From positions 46,330-110,329 of the forward strand of contig CBFFRP010000446.1 in NCBI GenBank assembly GCA_965644295.1: a stretch of 64,000 bases of DNA, in the 5' to 3' direction. This DNA is from Paraphysomonas bandaiensis. Lineage: Eukaryota > Protista > Chrysophyceae. Below, in pieces: positions 63,601 to 64,000 of this stretch. Under the pieces are notes generated by a model, which worked only from the letters and a program-made list of their open reading frames with translations, was not told the origin of the DNA and did no database searches. The position numbers and the translations under genes are program-made. Each line of letters begins with the position of its first letter. The first letter of the stretch is position 1.

Positions 63601-64000
63601 GGACAATTTAAGTATACTGCTATATCGGCCGAGAAATTTGGACGAACGGAGTCCTCATCCTTTGTCCGAAAACTTACTCTGGTGATCTTCGCCCTGGCGC
63701 ATACATCACATAGACACTGTTCTTTGGAAACACGTTTCGAGAGATGTTTTCGTTTCAGTCCAGTCCCAATAATTAGCATTCTTTTGTGGGCTTCTACCAA
63801 CGCATGCTTGTTAAAATGACCCGCTCTCCTATGTAACAGCTCCAGTTCATCCTCACCCGTACGGTCACTGAGATTTACTTCTGAATCACTGGATGTCGAT
63901 ACGTCTGGAAGCTCCAATAACTGCTGTGTTGGCACAGCAGTCATTCCATTCTTCATAGGTCCCTCCAACACCAGCTCATCCGTTTTTCTGTCATATATCT
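60668..64000 (-). mobile_element. Second tandem Copia internal region, disrupted and truncated by window end
   Basis: Near-identical to 55506-58839; 1-bp deletion in a C run (~61003) and TAC>TAA at 63234. Confidence 0.93.

Noticed and set aside
1-64000. tRNA/rRNA genes and Fanzor/TnpB/IscB ORFs
   Set aside because: None recognised by eye; a tRNAscan-SE/Rfam/HMM search would be needed to exclude them

Overview
Eukaryotic nuclear DNA with short GT-AG introns. It is most likely a stramenopile protist, which I infer from the CCT-motif type and gene style. Genes recognisable from sequence: PRMT7, RPL7A (eL8), EXO1, TCP1/CCT-alpha, a PUB-domain protein, an RNI-like LRR protein, a CCT-motif protein, a lipin/LNS2 phosphatase, an amino-acid transporter, an archaemetzincin and a cAMP-receptor-like GPCR, plus several hypothetical genes. 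Mobile DNA: a young Ty1/Copia element arranged LTR-internal-LTR-internal (tandem copies sharing one LTR), a PIF/Harbinger transposase with a remnant of its partner ORF, Gypsy and Copia relics, and MITE-like repeats. Three observations stand out. (1) A dispersed non-coding repeat family (about 8 full or partial copies) has a GC-rich core that folds into many helices with compensatory changes, starts at Helitron-like 5'-TC ends, and echoes group I intron Q/R/S motifs. (2) A multi-exon gene appears to encode an FKBP domain split in two, with two C2 domains and a long acidic linker nested inside it. (3) (TATG)n or alternating purine-pyrimidine tracts sit immediately upstream of most gene starts. 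All calls were made by eye and exon boundaries are approximate.
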